Notes: generated by a model from the sequence alone, not told the origin. DNA of 64,000 nt from Paenibacillaceae bacterium (GCA_900766135.1 CAAFUF010000001.1:27455-91454), one strand, 5' to 3'. Shown: positions 18,408 through 28,949, counted from the first letter of the stretch. Program-made: numbers and translations.

Positions 18408-20996
18408 ATGTGGAAACTAGCCTCACCTAATAACACACTTAAACTATCTATTTACCAGGATAATAAACAAGGCCTTTTTTATGCTTTGGCGGCGGGCGAG
18501 CAACCGATTATTGCCGAATCCAGATTAGGGATTGCCACCGATTTGGGGGATTGGCTCGAAGGCTTTCAATTCGTAAAAGCGGAAGAAACCGCGATTTCCG
18601 AGAGCTACTCGCTGCCCGTCGGCAAAAAGGCCGTTTATGATAACCGGGCTCAAGAGCTGAAACTGCATTTTACCATTGACGGCCTGGCGTTGTCCGTCAC
18701 ATTCCGGTTGTTTGACGATGGGCTGGCGTTCCGGTACGGGCTCGACTTTGCTCGGGAGCAGCCGCTTCGCGTCTTTCGGGAATATACCGATTTTGCGTTT
18801 GCCGAAGGCTTTGACGATCTGTGGCTGCAGGATTGGGTGAACACGTATGAAGGCCCCTATAACCGCTGCGATTGGCATGCGGCCGGGGAGCGGGATTACG
18901 GTATGCCCGCGCTGCTTCACAGCGCAAGCGGTCATTGGGTTATGCTGACCGAAGCGGGCATTTTGAACACGGGCGGCGCCTATTGCTCCAGCCACCTGCA
19001 AGGCGCCGCCGGCCGGCGGATGAAACTGGCGTTTGCTCCCGAGCAGATGGGGCCGCTGGAGCTTGCGCTTCCCGCCGCAACCCCGTGGCGGGTCGTGATG
19101 GTTTGCGATACGCTGGACGCTTTGGTGCACAGCAATCTGAACTATAATCTCAACCCGGCCTGCGATTGGGAGGATCTTTCCTGGATCAAGCCGGGCCGCA
19201 GCGTCTGGTCGTGGTGGTCGTTCGAAAACGGCGCCCAATTGTACAGCGAGCAGAAAAAGTACGTGGATTTTGCCGCAGCGATGGGGTTCGAAGCCGTTAC
19301 GGTGGATGCCGGCTGGGATGACAGCTGGGTGAAGGACTTATGCGATTATGCCCGCGAAAGAGGCGTGGATGTCTGGCTGTGGTCGGACATGCAGGCCGTG
19401 GATACGCTCGAGAAAGCGAAGGAGAAAATCCCCCGTTGGGCCGAGTGGGGCGTCGTCGGCCTCAAGGTCGATTTCTTCATGAACGATTCCCAGCACACGA
19501 TGTGGCAATACCAAATGATCGCCGATATCATGACCGAACACAAGCTGATGATCAATTTCCACGGCAGCACCAAGCCGGCCGGCGAAGCCCGGACGTATCC
19601 GAACCTTATGACGGCGGAGGGCATCATGGGCCTGGAGCATTACAAATGGAGCGGCCTGCCGCATGCCGTCCATAATTGCACCGTTCCGTTTACCCGCAAT
19701 GTGGTAGGGCCGATGGATTATACCGTCACCGGCTTCTCCAACCCGAATCGGAACACGACGCAAGCCCACCAACTGGCGCTAGCGGTAGTGTTCGAATCCG
19801 GCGTCCAGCATATCGCCGAGTCGATTTACAACCTGGAGCCGTGGATTGGCCTGGAGTTTCTGCGGAGGCTGCCGGCCCGATTCGACGGACTGAAGCTGCT
19901 CTCCGGATTTCCTGGCGACCACGCGGTAATGATGCGTCATGCGGATGGGCAATGGTTCGTCGGCGGGATCGCGACGTCATCCCGGGCGATGACGATTCCG
20001 CTCGACTTCCTGCCGGAAGGACGCTATGCCGTAGACCTATACAAGGACGGCGCCAACGGCGATATCGTGAATAAAGAAACGCGGATCCTGACCAACAAGG
20101 ACAACGTTCTTGTACCGCTGCTTGAAAACGGCGGGTTCGCGATGTACATCAGCGACGGCAAGGCCCCGCTAAAAACGGGCGTACGCGGCAGCTATATGGA
20201 CGACCGTTACCGGGTTTACTCTTCCCGCGAGGGAACGCTGCGCGGCAGCGCGGACCGGGTCGCCTGCGAGAATGCGGCGGACGGCAGCATTGTAAGTCTG
20301 GGCAGTTCGGGGGAACTGTGCTTTGAGCGGGTCACCGCCGAACGGGAAGGGCGGCATACGTTGCGCTTATTCTACTTGTCGGAGCTGTCGAGTCGATTGC
20401 AGGTTTCCGTTAACGGGGAAGAGTCGCAGCGCCTTGCGCTCGAATCTTCCGGCGGCCATCGGGTGGTGCGGACGGCGGATCTCGCGATAACGCTGAAGCA
20501 GGGCGAAAACACGATCGTTTTGCGCAAAGCCGGCGCGCAAGAGGTTGCGCCTGCGATCGATCGCATTAAAGTGATCGATTACGCGCCCAATGAAGATGTA
20601 TACTATCCGGCCGAGGCGAGCGTATTGTCCGGCGGGGCGGCGTTGTGCCGCGCGGATTTGCCGGACGGCCCTCTGAAAGCGGTAGGCATCGGCAATGGCG
20701 GCGCGATCGCGTTTGAGCGCGTACTGGCAGAAACGGACGGCGAATATATTCTGAGCGTCGATTACTATTCGGGCGAGAACCGCGCCCTGCTCATTGCGGT
20801 GAACGGGGCGGCACCGCTGCGGTCGGTGTTATTCAACAGCGGCGGCTGGGGGCCTTCCCGTTGGGACATCGTCGGCACCAAAGAGGTGAAAATCCGGCTC
20901 CGGCAGGGCGAAAATACGATCAAGCTGTATCATGACGAAGAGTCAGCTCCTGAGATCGGCCGAATCGGCATCCGTCTGGAAAAGGCCGGTGCGTAA
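18408..20996 (+). CDS. GH97 family glycoside hydrolase (retaining type, alpha-galactosidase-like) with two C-terminal CBM35/CBM6-like modules
   Basis: FRLFDDGLAFRY, TPWRVV, WIKPGRSVWSWW, VDAGW, GLKVDFF, FHG..KPAG..RTYPN, PFTRNVVGPMDYT; two repeats ending L(K/R)QGENTI.L....AP.I.RI. Confidence 0.88.
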   Translation: MWKLASPNNTLKLSIYQDNKQGLFYALAAGEQPIIAESRLGIATDLGDWLEGFQFVKAEETAISESYSLPVGKKAVYDNRAQELKLHFTIDGLALSVTFRLFDDGLAFRYGLDFAREQPLRVFREYTDFAFAEGFDDLWLQDWVNTYEGPYNRCDWHAAGERDYGMPALLHSASGHWVMLTEAGILNTGGAYCSSHLQGAAGRRMKLAFAPEQMGPLELALPAATPWRVVMVCDTLDALVHSNLNYNLNPACDWEDLSWIKPGRSVWSWWSFENGAQLYSEQKKYVDFAAAMGFEAVTVDAGWDDSWVKDLCDYARERGVDVWLWSDMQAVDTLEKAKEKIPRWAEWGVVGLKVDFFMNDSQHTMWQYQMIADIMTEHKLMINFHGSTKPAGEARTYPNLMTAEGIMGLEHYKWSGLPHAVHNCTVPFTRNVVGPMDYTVTGFSNPNRNTTQAHQLALAVVFESGVQHIAESIYNLEPWIGLEFLRRLPARFDGLKLLSGFPGDHAVMMRHADGQWFVGGIATSSRAMTIPLDFLPEGRYAVDLYKDGANGDIVNKETRILTNKDNVLVPLLENGGFAMYISDGKAPLKTGVRGSYMDDRYRVYSSREGTLRGSADRVACENAADGSIVSLGSSGELCFERVTAEREGRHTLRLFYLSELSSRLQVSVNGEESQRLALESSGGHRVVRTADLAITLKQGENTIVLRKAGAQEVAPAIDRIKVIDYAPNEDVYYPAEASVLSGGAALCRADLPDGPLKAVGIGNGGAIAFERVLAETDGEYILSVDYYSGENRALLIAVNGAAPLRSVLFNSGGWGPSRWDIVGTKEVKIRLRQGENTIKLYHDEESAPEIGRIGIRLEKAGA

Positions 20997-20997
20997 C

Positions 20998-23091
20998 ATG
21001 ATCTCCTACGATCCGGCGACGCGGCTGTTTCATATTCCTACCGCCAGCATGTCTTACGTCTTCCGTGCGGGGGATTACCTGCAAAACCTGTATTGGGGCA
21101 AAGCCCTCGCCGCCGAGGATTTGGCCGACCTTCCGGCGGCTTCGTTCCACAGCTCCTTCGATTACGATACGCTGCTGGAACGCGAAGAGTACGGCTGTTG
21201 GACCGGTCGAAGCTACAGCGAGCCTTGTTTAGCCATCGCCTCGCAGCGCGGCCGCCATCTGACGATGAGATTCACCGGTCACGACCTATCCCCGGAACGG
21301 GAGGGCGTTCAGACGCTTCGCGTTTTCCTATCCGGAAATGACGGAGCGCTATCGGTCACATTGGAATATGAGGTTCATGCATCATACGACATAGTGTCGC
21401 GCTCCGCAACGATTACGAATCACGGTGAACCGGTGATGCTTGAAAACGCAATGTCCGCTGCGCTCCATGTGCCCCAACTGCCGCATTACTCGCTGCGCTA
21501 CCTGACCGGAAAGTGGGCGGGGGAGTTTCAGATGACGGATCTGCCCGTCGAAACCGGCGCGTTCACAATGCAATCCAAGCGGGGGATTACGGGGCCGCAT
21601 TTCAATCCCTGTTTCGCGCTGTCGGAAGCGGCGACCGAAAGGGAAGGAGAGGTTTGGTTCGGCCTGCTTGCTTACAGCGGCAATTGGAAAATCACCGTGG
21701 AGAAGACGATTTTCAACAACGTGAAAATCGTTGGAGGCGTGAACGACTTCGACTTTGCTTACCCGCTGGGGCGAGGCGAGAGCTTTACGACGCCCGCCTT
21801 CCTTTTCGGGTATGCGGAGGCGGGATTCGGCGGCATGAGCCGCAAGCTTCATCGCTTTGAACGCGATCACGTCTTGTCCGCTTCCGAGAAGCCGCGGCGG
21901 GTGCTGTATAACTCCTGGGAAGCGACCGCCTTTGCCGTGGACGTACGGGAGCAAAAGAAGCTAGCCGACAAGGCGGCGCAAATGGGCGTCGAGCTGTTCG
22001 TGGTCGATGACGGCTGGTTTGGCGAACGGCATAGCGACAAGGCGGGGCTTGGCGATTGGCACGCGAACGGGGAGAAATTTCCGAACGGGCTCGGGGAGCT
22101 CATCGCACACGTTAACGGGCTGGGGATGGACTTTGGCATTTGGGTCGAGCCCGAAGCGGTGAACCCGGACAGCGAGCTGTACCGCAAGCATCCGGATTGG
22201 ATATACCGTTTCGACGGCAGCGAACCGCTGCAATTGAGGAACCAGTATGTACTTAATATCACGAAACCGCCCGTGCGCCGCTACATCCAAGAGATGCTGC
22301 ACGGCCTGCTCCGCTCCGGCAACATCCGCTTCCTGAAGTGGGACATGAACCGCTCGATCAGCGATCTGGGGGAAGGCGGCGGTGCGAAGGACCGCCGGCT
22401 GTGGGTAGAGCACGTCCACGCCTTGTACGAAATTTGGAGCGAACTGCGGCGGGATCACCCGGACGTCGAGCTGGAAACGTGCGCCGGAGGGGGCGGGCGC
22501 ATCGATCTGGGCATTCTCCGCTATGCGGCGCAATGTTGGCCCAGCGATAACACGGATCCTTTCGACCGTTTGTTCATCCAGCACGGTTTCACGCAGTTTT
22601 ACGCTCCGCAGATCATGATGTGCTGGGTGACGGACACGCCGTCCGGCGCGGGCAAGGCGAGTCGAAGCATCGCCTACAAGTTTCACAGCGCCATGTGCGG
22701 AGGGCTGGGCATCGGCGCCGACATCAACCGTCTCTCTTCGGAGGAGGCGGCAGAGTATAAGCGGCATATCCTTCAGTACAAGGAAATCCGTGAAACGATT
22801 TTACGCGGGGATCTCTTCCGTCTTCGGCCACCGGGCGAGTCCGGTTTGACGGCGGTAGAGTACGTCGGCCCGTCCGGGGACGAGATCGTCGTGTTGGCCT
22901 TCCTTCACACGCAGCAGTACGGGGATTCCTGTCCAAGGCTCAAGCTGCAAGGCCTTTTGGAGAACGCCCGGTATGAGCTGGCGGGGGACGGCAAGCAGTA
23001 TCACGGCAGTACGCTGATGAATTACGGATTGCCGGTCGATCTAAAGGGCGATTTCGACAGCGTCATGTTTATATTGCGAAAGAAGGAGTAA
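20998..23091 (+). CDS. Alpha-galactosidase, GH36 family
   Basis: YNSWEAT, ELFVVDDGWFG, FGIWVEPE, KWDMNR, CAGGGGRIDLG, WPSDNTD; start moved to ATG 20998. Confidence 0.95.
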   Translation: MISYDPATRLFHIPTASMSYVFRAGDYLQNLYWGKALAAEDLADLPAASFHSSFDYDTLLEREEYGCWTGRSYSEPCLAIASQRGRHLTMRFTGHDLSPEREGVQTLRVFLSGNDGALSVTLEYEVHASYDIVSRSATITNHGEPVMLENAMSAALHVPQLPHYSLRYLTGKWAGEFQMTDLPVETGAFTMQSKRGITGPHFNPCFALSEAATEREGEVWFGLLAYSGNWKITVEKTIFNNVKIVGGVNDFDFAYPLGRGESFTTPAFLFGYAEAGFGGMSRKLHRFERDHVLSASEKPRRVLYNSWEATAFAVDVREQKKLADKAAQMGVELFVVDDGWFGERHSDKAGLGDWHANGEKFPNGLGELIAHVNGLGMDFGIWVEPEAVNPDSELYRKHPDWIYRFDGSEPLQLRNQYVLNITKPPVRRYIQEMLHGLLRSGNIRFLKWDMNRSISDLGEGGGAKDRRLWVEHVHALYEIWSELRRDHPDVELETCAGGGGRIDLGILRYAAQCWPSDNTDPFDRLFIQHGFTQFYAPQIMMCWVTDTPSGAGKASRSIAYKFHSAMCGGLGIGADINRLSSEEAAEYKRHILQYKEIRETILRGDLFRLRPPGESGLTAVEYVGPSGDEIVVLAFLHTQQYGDSCPRLKLQGLLENARYELAGDGKQYHGSTLMNYGLPVDLKGDFDSVMFILRKKE

Positions 23092-23093
23092 TT

Positions 23094-23144
23094 AAAAACT
23101 CTCCCTTTGGGCGGTTCCATTCGCCCGAAGGGAGAGTTTTTTTT
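23094..23144. terminator. Intrinsic terminator, probably bidirectional
   Basis: aaaaactctccctttgggcg ... cgcccgaagggagagtttttttt. Confidence 0.85.
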
Positions 23145-23216
23145 CGAGAATTTGCGCGCCCCCGCAATCCGGTTGATTTACGGGATACGGCCTCTAGGAC
23201 AGCCCAGATGATAGAT

Positions 23217-24227
23217 CTAAGCCTTGCAGGCGCCCGTAGATTCGCGTTCGATCAAGTAAGTCGGCAGCAGAATTTCCTGGTACGCTTCGTCGGGGTTTTT
23301 GATTCGCCACAGCAGTTGCTCGAAAGCTTTGTGCGCGAACAAGGGCAGGTCGATCTCCATCGTGGTGATTTTTGGCGAGGCCATTTGCGAATAATGGCTG
23401 TTGTCGAACCCGCAGATGGAGATTTCGTCAGGGATGCGGTGCCCCAGCCCACGCAGTGCCGAACTCACGTAAAACGCAAATCCGTCATTCAGGCAAAACC
23501 AGGCGCTGGGCTGTTCGGTTACGCGGTGCATCGCTTGGGCGATGATCTCCTCTTCTTCCACCGTATGCACGAGCATACGCGCTTCCGACGGTTCGAGGCC
23601 ATGCTCACGCATGGCCAACATATAGCCTTCCCAACGCTCTTGGTAACTGGGAGAAACCGCGACATTACCCAGAATGCCGATATCCCGATGACCGAAATCC
23701 AGCAGATGCTTGACGGCGATGTAAGCGCTAAATCGGTTATTGGTCAGAACCGCATCGGCTTGAAGCAGCGGGTGATGATGGTCGATCAGCACGGTCGGGA
23801 TGCCCTGTTCAATCACGTTTCCGATATAGGCCGTACTGATATGCGACAGGATTAGGATGCCGTCCACCTGGTTATCTTCAATAAAAGAAGGCAGCAGGAG
23901 ATTGCCTTGCATCTCGGGAGTAATCGACTGAATGAGCAGATTGATGCCGTGGTTCTTGGCCTCCCGCTCGACGGCGAGATAGATCTCCCCGAAAAACTTC
24001 ATCGAAAAGGCAAAGTCCGAGGCAATCAGCCCGACGGTTTTCGCTTGGTTCTGACTGCTTGCGGATGGCTTCTTGGCGTAACGGTAGCCCATGGCTTCCG
24101 CCGTTTCGATTATTTTGCGCCGCGTTTCTTCGCTTACTCCGTCTTTGCCGGATAACGCCTGGGAGACGGAGTTCTTCGACAGATTCAAGCGGTCGGCGAT
24201 ATCCTGCATGACGACTTTTTTACTCAT
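23217..24227 (-). CDS. LacI family transcriptional regulator
   Basis: VVMQDIADRLNLSKNSVSQALSGKDGVSEETR HTH; IPDEISICGFDN, PKITT periplasmic-binding-like domain. Confidence 0.95.
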   Translation of the reverse strand: MSKKVVMQDIADRLNLSKNSVSQALSGKDGVSEETRRKIIETAEAMGYRYAKKPSASSQNQAKTVGLIASDFAFSMKFFGEIYLAVEREAKNHGINLLIQSITPEMQGNLLLPSFIEDNQVDGILILSHISTAYIGNVIEQGIPTVLIDHHHPLLQADAVLTNNRFSAYIAVKHLLDFGHRDIGILGNVAVSPSYQERWEGYMLAMREHGLEPSEARMLVHTVEEEEIIAQAMHRVTEQPSAWFCLNDGFAFYVSSALRGLGHRIPDEISICGFDNSHYSQMASPKITTMEIDLPLFAHKAFEQLLWRIKNPDEAYQEILLPTYLIERESTGACKA

Positions 24228-24260
24228 CTTAAGATCTCCTCTATGTGTACCGCTTTATCA

Positions 24261-24276
24261 TTTGTAACGTTACAAA
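24261..24276. promoter_or_regulatory. LacI operator O1 (TTTGTAACGTTACAAA)
   Basis: Perfect 16-bp palindrome with central CG just upstream of the lacI-type gene. Confidence 0.8.
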
Positions 24277-24362
24277 AATAAATATACACGATTTTTGTTG
24301 TAATGTAAATATTTAGCGGTGTAAGGCCCGAATATTACTTATATTCCAATCGAAACGACCTC

Positions 24363-24421
24363 TTGACAGCGCTAACAAATGGATGGATAATTAGAAATGT
24401 AATCTCAAATGTAACGTTACA
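24363..24421 (+). promoter_or_regulatory. sigmaA promoter with cre box overlapping -35 and LacI operator O2
   Basis: TTGACA (24363-68), 17 bp, GATAAT (24386-91); TGACAGCGCTAACA (24364-77) fits cre consensus TGWNANCGNTNWCA; TGTAACGTTACA at 24410-21. Confidence 0.8.
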
Positions 24422-24477
24422 AAAGTGGGTTAGTCATGAAGTTGGTAATTCCATTAATCAGGTAGGGGGTCATTCAT

Positions 24478-25809
24478 TTGAAGAAGCATTTTTCCATGCC
24501 CATCATCTTGGTTCTTGCGGTTTCCCTGCTGTTGTCGGCCTGTTCCGGCAATAACGGCGGAGGCGCCAACCAAGGCGGACAGAGCGACAAAAACGAGGGG
24601 CAAGGCGCCACGCCGGCCAAGAAGGTCGAGCTCAAGCTGACGACCTGGGCAGGAGCGGATGAAGCCAAAGAACTGCAGAAGCTTTTGGACGAGTTGAACG
24701 AGAAATCAACGACGTATACCCTCGTGCAGGATTCGAATCCGGCCGAATACGATACGCGACTCATCACGCAGTTGACCGGGGATTCCGGACCGGATCTCTT
24801 CTGGATCAGCGCGCAGCGGGCAGCGCAGTTCTCGGCGGAAGGCGCAATGCTGGATATTACGGATCGCCTGAAATCTTCTGACAAGCCGGCTGCCAATCTT
24901 GAGGATTATTACGAGGCGTCGCTTCAGCCGTTCACTCATGACGGCAAGGTATACGGCTTGCCGTGGTTACAGCAGCCGGTCATGTTATACGCGAATAAGG
25001 CATTGTTTGATGAAGCCGGCGTAGCCTATCCGGATGAAACCTGGACTTGGAAGCAGTTCACCGATGCGATGACGAAACTGACCAAGGACAAGAACGGCAA
25101 GCATCCCGGCGAAGAAGGGTTTGACGAGAAATCGGTGGTTCAGTGGGGCTTTACGCTGAACGGCTGGCCGCCGTCCCAAATGTTCGTTTGGCAAAACGGT
25201 GGGGACGTATTAACCGAAGACGGCCAATCGCCGATCGATTCCCCGGAAGCGACGGAGGCCTTGAACTTCTACGCCGACCTAGTGAAGGGTCCATTGACGC
25301 CATCGCAGCAAATCGTGCGGGACCGCGGGTTCGACAAGATGTTCCGCGACGGTCAAGTAGCCATGTTCATGGGCGGAGCGGCCGACGATTTGGATTCTAC
25401 GATCGAAAACGTGCAAGCCTTTATGGTCCCGGCAGGGCCGACCGGCATCCACGCCACGTTCGGAGACATCCTTGGCATGGGCATCAACGCGAAGTCGAAG
25501 AACGCCGATGCCGCCTTCGAAGCGTTGGTTGACCTAAGCGACGCAATCCATCACTGGAAAATCATGCCGCCGCGCCAATCGCTGGCCGACCTGGCCACGC
25601 TGCAGGAGCTCCATCCGAAGAAATCGCAGTCTCTGGAGGCGATCATCGCGTCGATGGAATATGCCAGACCGTACCGCTATTCCGAGAAATATCCGGAATG
25701 GGACAACATCTACTGGACGCAGCTGATGGATCCGATCATCAATGCCGGCACCGATCCGGAGAAGCTGATTCCGGAAGTCAAGCCGCTGCTGGAAGACGCA
25801 ATCAAATAA
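24478..25809 (+). CDS. Sugar ABC transporter substrate-binding lipoprotein
   Basis: TTG start, LSAC lipobox, DGKVYGLPW, MLYANKALFDEAGVAYP..WTW motifs. Confidence 0.92.
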   Translation: MKKHFSMPIILVLAVSLLLSACSGNNGGGANQGGQSDKNEGQGATPAKKVELKLTTWAGADEAKELQKLLDELNEKSTTYTLVQDSNPAEYDTRLITQLTGDSGPDLFWISAQRAAQFSAEGAMLDITDRLKSSDKPAANLEDYYEASLQPFTHDGKVYGLPWLQQPVMLYANKALFDEAGVAYPDETWTWKQFTDAMTKLTKDKNGKHPGEEGFDEKSVVQWGFTLNGWPPSQMFVWQNGGDVLTEDGQSPIDSPEATEALNFYADLVKGPLTPSQQIVRDRGFDKMFRDGQVAMFMGGAADDLDSTIENVQAFMVPAGPTGIHATFGDILGMGINAKSKNADAAFEALVDLSDAIHHWKIMPPRQSLADLATLQELHPKKSQSLEAIIASMEYARPYRYSEKYPEWDNIYWTQLMDPIINAGTDPEKLIPEVKPLLEDAIK

Positions 25810-25903
25810 TGAAGGCCTGGAATGGAAAGGACGGGGAGGCGCCAGCCTCCTTCCTTTCTTCATCAAGCGAATCGGCCAACCTGTGCAGAAAGGAGGAAAC
25901 CGC

Positions 25904-26896
25904 ATGGAAAACCATCTTGCGACCTTTGTCCGATGGTTGATGGTGCCTGTCGTCCTAATCGTCATTGCGAGCTTGCTCTACTTCGTTGTCACCAAGCTCG
26001 GCTGGAAGAAGAAACAGGCCATCGGTTTGGCGCTTGTTTCCCCGTGGATTGTAGGTTTCCTGATCTTTACCGTCTATCCTCTGCTGGATTCCTTATACCT
26101 CAGCTTTACCGAGTCGTCGATGTTCGGCAAAACGGAGTGGGTGGGATTCGGCAACTATATCAAGCTGTTTACGAACGATATCGAGTTCTGGCCGTCCATC
26201 CGGATCACGCTGCTTTACGCGGCCTTATCACTGCCGATCGGCGTAATTGGGGCGCTGCTGGTCGCAATGCTCCTAAACAATAAAATCAAGGGGATCGGGA
26301 CGTACCGTACGATCTATTTCCTTCCGGCGGTCATGCCAGAGGTGGCTGTGGCGCTGCTGTGGAGATGGATGTTCAACAGCGAATCGGGGATCATCAACTA
26401 CGTTTTGTCCCCCGCGCTATCGCTGTTCGGCATCGATAAGCCCAATTGGTTCGGAGATCCGCATTACGTCATCGGGGCTTTTGTCATCATGAGCTTATGG
26501 GGCATTTTCGGAACGAATACCGTCGTGTTCCTGGCCGGCTTGCAGGGAGTGCCCAGCTCCTTGTATGAAGCGGCCGAAATCGACGGGGCCGGACGGTTCG
26601 CCAAGTTCAAGCACATTACGATCCCGCAAATTTCGCCGGTGATCCTGCTGCAGGTCATCATGGGGATGATCGGAGCGCTGCAAATCTTCACGATTGCGAT
26701 GTTCGTCCGTCCAACCTCGGCTGCCGGCAAATTCATGAACCAGCTCGTCTACGAACGCGGATTCACGCAGTTGCATATGGGCGAGGCGTCGGCGATCGCT
26801 TGGGTGCTGTTTATCATCATCCTGGTGTTGACGCTGCTCGTGTTCCGTTCCAGCCCGGCATGGGTTCACTACGAAACGGAAGCGAACAAGAGGTAG
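25904..26896 (+). CDS. Sugar ABC transporter permease
   Basis: YRTIYFLPAV, LYEAAEIDGA..HITIPQISP; ATG 25904 after AGGAGG; extra N-terminal TM segment. Confidence 0.92.
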   Translation: MENHLATFVRWLMVPVVLIVIASLLYFVVTKLGWKKKQAIGLALVSPWIVGFLIFTVYPLLDSLYLSFTESSMFGKTEWVGFGNYIKLFTNDIEFWPSIRITLLYAALSLPIGVIGALLVAMLLNNKIKGIGTYRTIYFLPAVMPEVAVALLWRWMFNSESGIINYVLSPALSLFGIDKPNWFGDPHYVIGAFVIMSLWGIFGTNTVVFLAGLQGVPSSLYEAAEIDGAGRFAKFKHITIPQISPVILLQVIMGMIGALQIFTIAMFVRPTSAAGKFMNQLVYERGFTQLHMGEASAIAWVLFIIILVLTLLVFRSSPAWVHYETEANKR

Positions 26897-26926
26897 TGAA
26901 TTTTGGCTAATTAGGAGGTGTCATAC

Positions 26927-27805
26927 ATGGAAAATGCTTCATCGGCCAGTCCCCGGGCTCTTGCCGGCAGATCACTGAAACGGTTGAACAAAGCCTTGAT
27001 ATACGTGATCGTCACATTTCTGGCCGCCGTCATCCTGGTGCCGTTCTTCTGGATGGTGTCGACCGCGCTGCAGGCGGACGGGGATATCTTCGCCTGGCCG
27101 CCGCAATGGATTCCGAGTCCGCCGCAATGGCATAACTTCGCCGAAGCGTGGACGGCCATGCCGTTTAACCGCTATCTGTTTAACACGATCTTTATCGTAG
27201 TATTGGGAATTATTGCGGAGCTGGCCAGCGCCACGGTTGTCGCTTATGGATTTGCGCGCTTTCGTTTTCCCGGGAGCGGTTTGATCTTCCTGGTCCTGCT
27301 GGCCACAATGATGCTGCCGTTTCACGTTACGCTCATTCCGACGTTCCTGATCTGGCAAAAATTCGGGCTGGTCGGCCAGTTCGATCCGCTCGTGCTGCGG
27401 GCTTGGACGGCATGGGGCCCCTTTTATATTTTTCTGCTGCGCCAGTTTTTCATGACCTTGCCGCGGGAGCTGGACGATGCGGCCGAGATGGACGGGGCGA
27501 ACTTCTTTCAGACGTTCGTGTACATCATGTTGCCGCAGGTGAAGCCGGCACTGCTGGCCGTGGCGATCTTCGCGTTCCGGGGGTATTGGAACGACTTCCT
27601 CGGTCCGCTCATTTACCTGTCGGATATGAAGCTGTATACGTTGAACGTCGGCATGTATTTCTTTATGGGCGGCGTGAACGAGGCCCCGCAGTGGAATTAC
27701 CTGATGGCGATGTCCACGCTGGTGGCGCTCCCGGTCATCCTGCTGTTCTTTATGGCCCAGCGCTATTTTATCGAAGGCATTACGTTTACGGGCATCAAAG
27801 ACTAA
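26927..27805 (+). CDS. Sugar ABC transporter permease
   Basis: FLLRQFFMTLPRELDDAAEMDGA, WNDFLGPLIYL; ATG 26927 after AGGAGG. Confidence 0.92.
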   Translation: MENASSASPRALAGRSLKRLNKALIYVIVTFLAAVILVPFFWMVSTALQADGDIFAWPPQWIPSPPQWHNFAEAWTAMPFNRYLFNTIFIVVLGIIAELASATVVAYGFARFRFPGSGLIFLVLLATMMLPFHVTLIPTFLIWQKFGLVGQFDPLVLRAWTAWGPFYIFLLRQFFMTLPRELDDAAEMDGANFFQTFVYIMLPQVKPALLAVAIFAFRGYWNDFLGPLIYLSDMKLYTLNVGMYFFMGGVNEAPQWNYLMAMSTLVALPVILLFFMAQRYFIEGITFTGIKD

Positions 27806-27838
27806 TCAGTCCGAGCTTCGGATAGGAGGAACTACCAT

Positions 27839-28933
27839 ATGACGATGTTGCAGAATATAGAGATTGAACGCTCCGTGAACAATCCGCTGATTACGCCGAA
27901 GGACGTCAAGCCATCCTTCCCGGATTGGGAGGTGCTCGGCGTATTTAACGCCGGCGTGGCCGAATATGAGGGAGAAGTGATCCTGCTGCTGCGGGTGGCG
28001 GAATGCCCTCGACAGAATAATCCTCGCCATGTGCTTGTTCCGGTGCTGGACGTGAACGGACGAGCTTCCGTTTCCGAGCCGGCTGTGGAAATCGTGAAGG
28101 TCGACAAAGACGACCCGAATCTCGACTTCTCCGATCCCCGGGTCATTCGCGATCGCGAAGGAGGGACCGTCTACTTAACCTCGATTTCCCATTTTCGCGT
28201 GGCGCGCAGCCGAGACGGCTTGACGTTTACGATCGATGAGACGCCAAGCATCTGGCCTGCCGACCCGCTGGAACGCTGGGGTATCGAAGATCCGCGGATT
28301 ACCCGCTTGGGGGATCGTTATCATATCGCATACAGCGCCGTATCCGAAAGAGGCGTGGCCGTCGGCAGGCTGACGACCTCCGACTTCGTCTCGTTCCGCC
28401 GGGAAGGATTGATCCTGGCTCCGACGAATAAGGATGTGGCGGTGTTCCCCGCTGCAATTAACGGGAAGTATTATATGCTGCACCGCCCGGTGCCGGAGAG
28501 CATTGGACAGCCGGAAATGTGGCTGGCCGAATCGCCCGATCTGGAGCACTGGGGGAACCATCGCTTTCTGATGGGCTTGCGTGAAGGGAAATGGGATAGC
28601 GCGCGTATCGGAGCGGGCTGCGTGCCGATTCAGACCGAGGCAGGCTGGCTCATCCTGTATCATGGTGCGGACCGGACCCATCGTTATTGTATGGGTGCGG
28701 CCCTGCTGGACCTTCAGGATCCGGGCCGGGTGATCGCCCGGATGGAGGAGCCGCTGATCGTGCCGGAAAGCGAATATGAGACGAGCGGATTTTTCCATAG
28801 CGTCATCTTTGCCTGCGGGGCGATCCGAAGAGGAGAGCAAGTAATGATGTATTACGGGGCATCGGACGATTCGATGGCCTGCGCGAGCTTTCATCTCCCG
28901 CAGCTGTTGGAAGCCTTGAAACCACTAACCTAA
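27839..28933 (+). CDS. GH130 family glycoside phosphorylase (beta-mannoside; similar to beta-1,2-mannobiose phosphorylases)
   Basis: NPLITPKDVKPS..GVFNAGV, YLTSISH, WGIEDPRIT, NKDVAVFP, LHRP, WDSARIGAG, GWLILYHGAD, Y.MGAALLD. Confidence 0.9.
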   Translation: MTMLQNIEIERSVNNPLITPKDVKPSFPDWEVLGVFNAGVAEYEGEVILLLRVAECPRQNNPRHVLVPVLDVNGRASVSEPAVEIVKVDKDDPNLDFSDPRVIRDREGGTVYLTSISHFRVARSRDGLTFTIDETPSIWPADPLERWGIEDPRITRLGDRYHIAYSAVSERGVAVGRLTTSDFVSFRREGLILAPTNKDVAVFPAAINGKYYMLHRPVPESIGQPEMWLAESPDLEHWGNHRFLMGLREGKWDSARIGAGCVPIQTEAGWLILYHGADRTHRYCMGAALLDLQDPGRVIARMEEPLIVPESEYETSGFFHSVIFACGAIRRGEQVMMYYGASDDSMACASFHLPQLLEALKPLT

Positions 28934-28949
28934 CGGAAGGGATACCACG

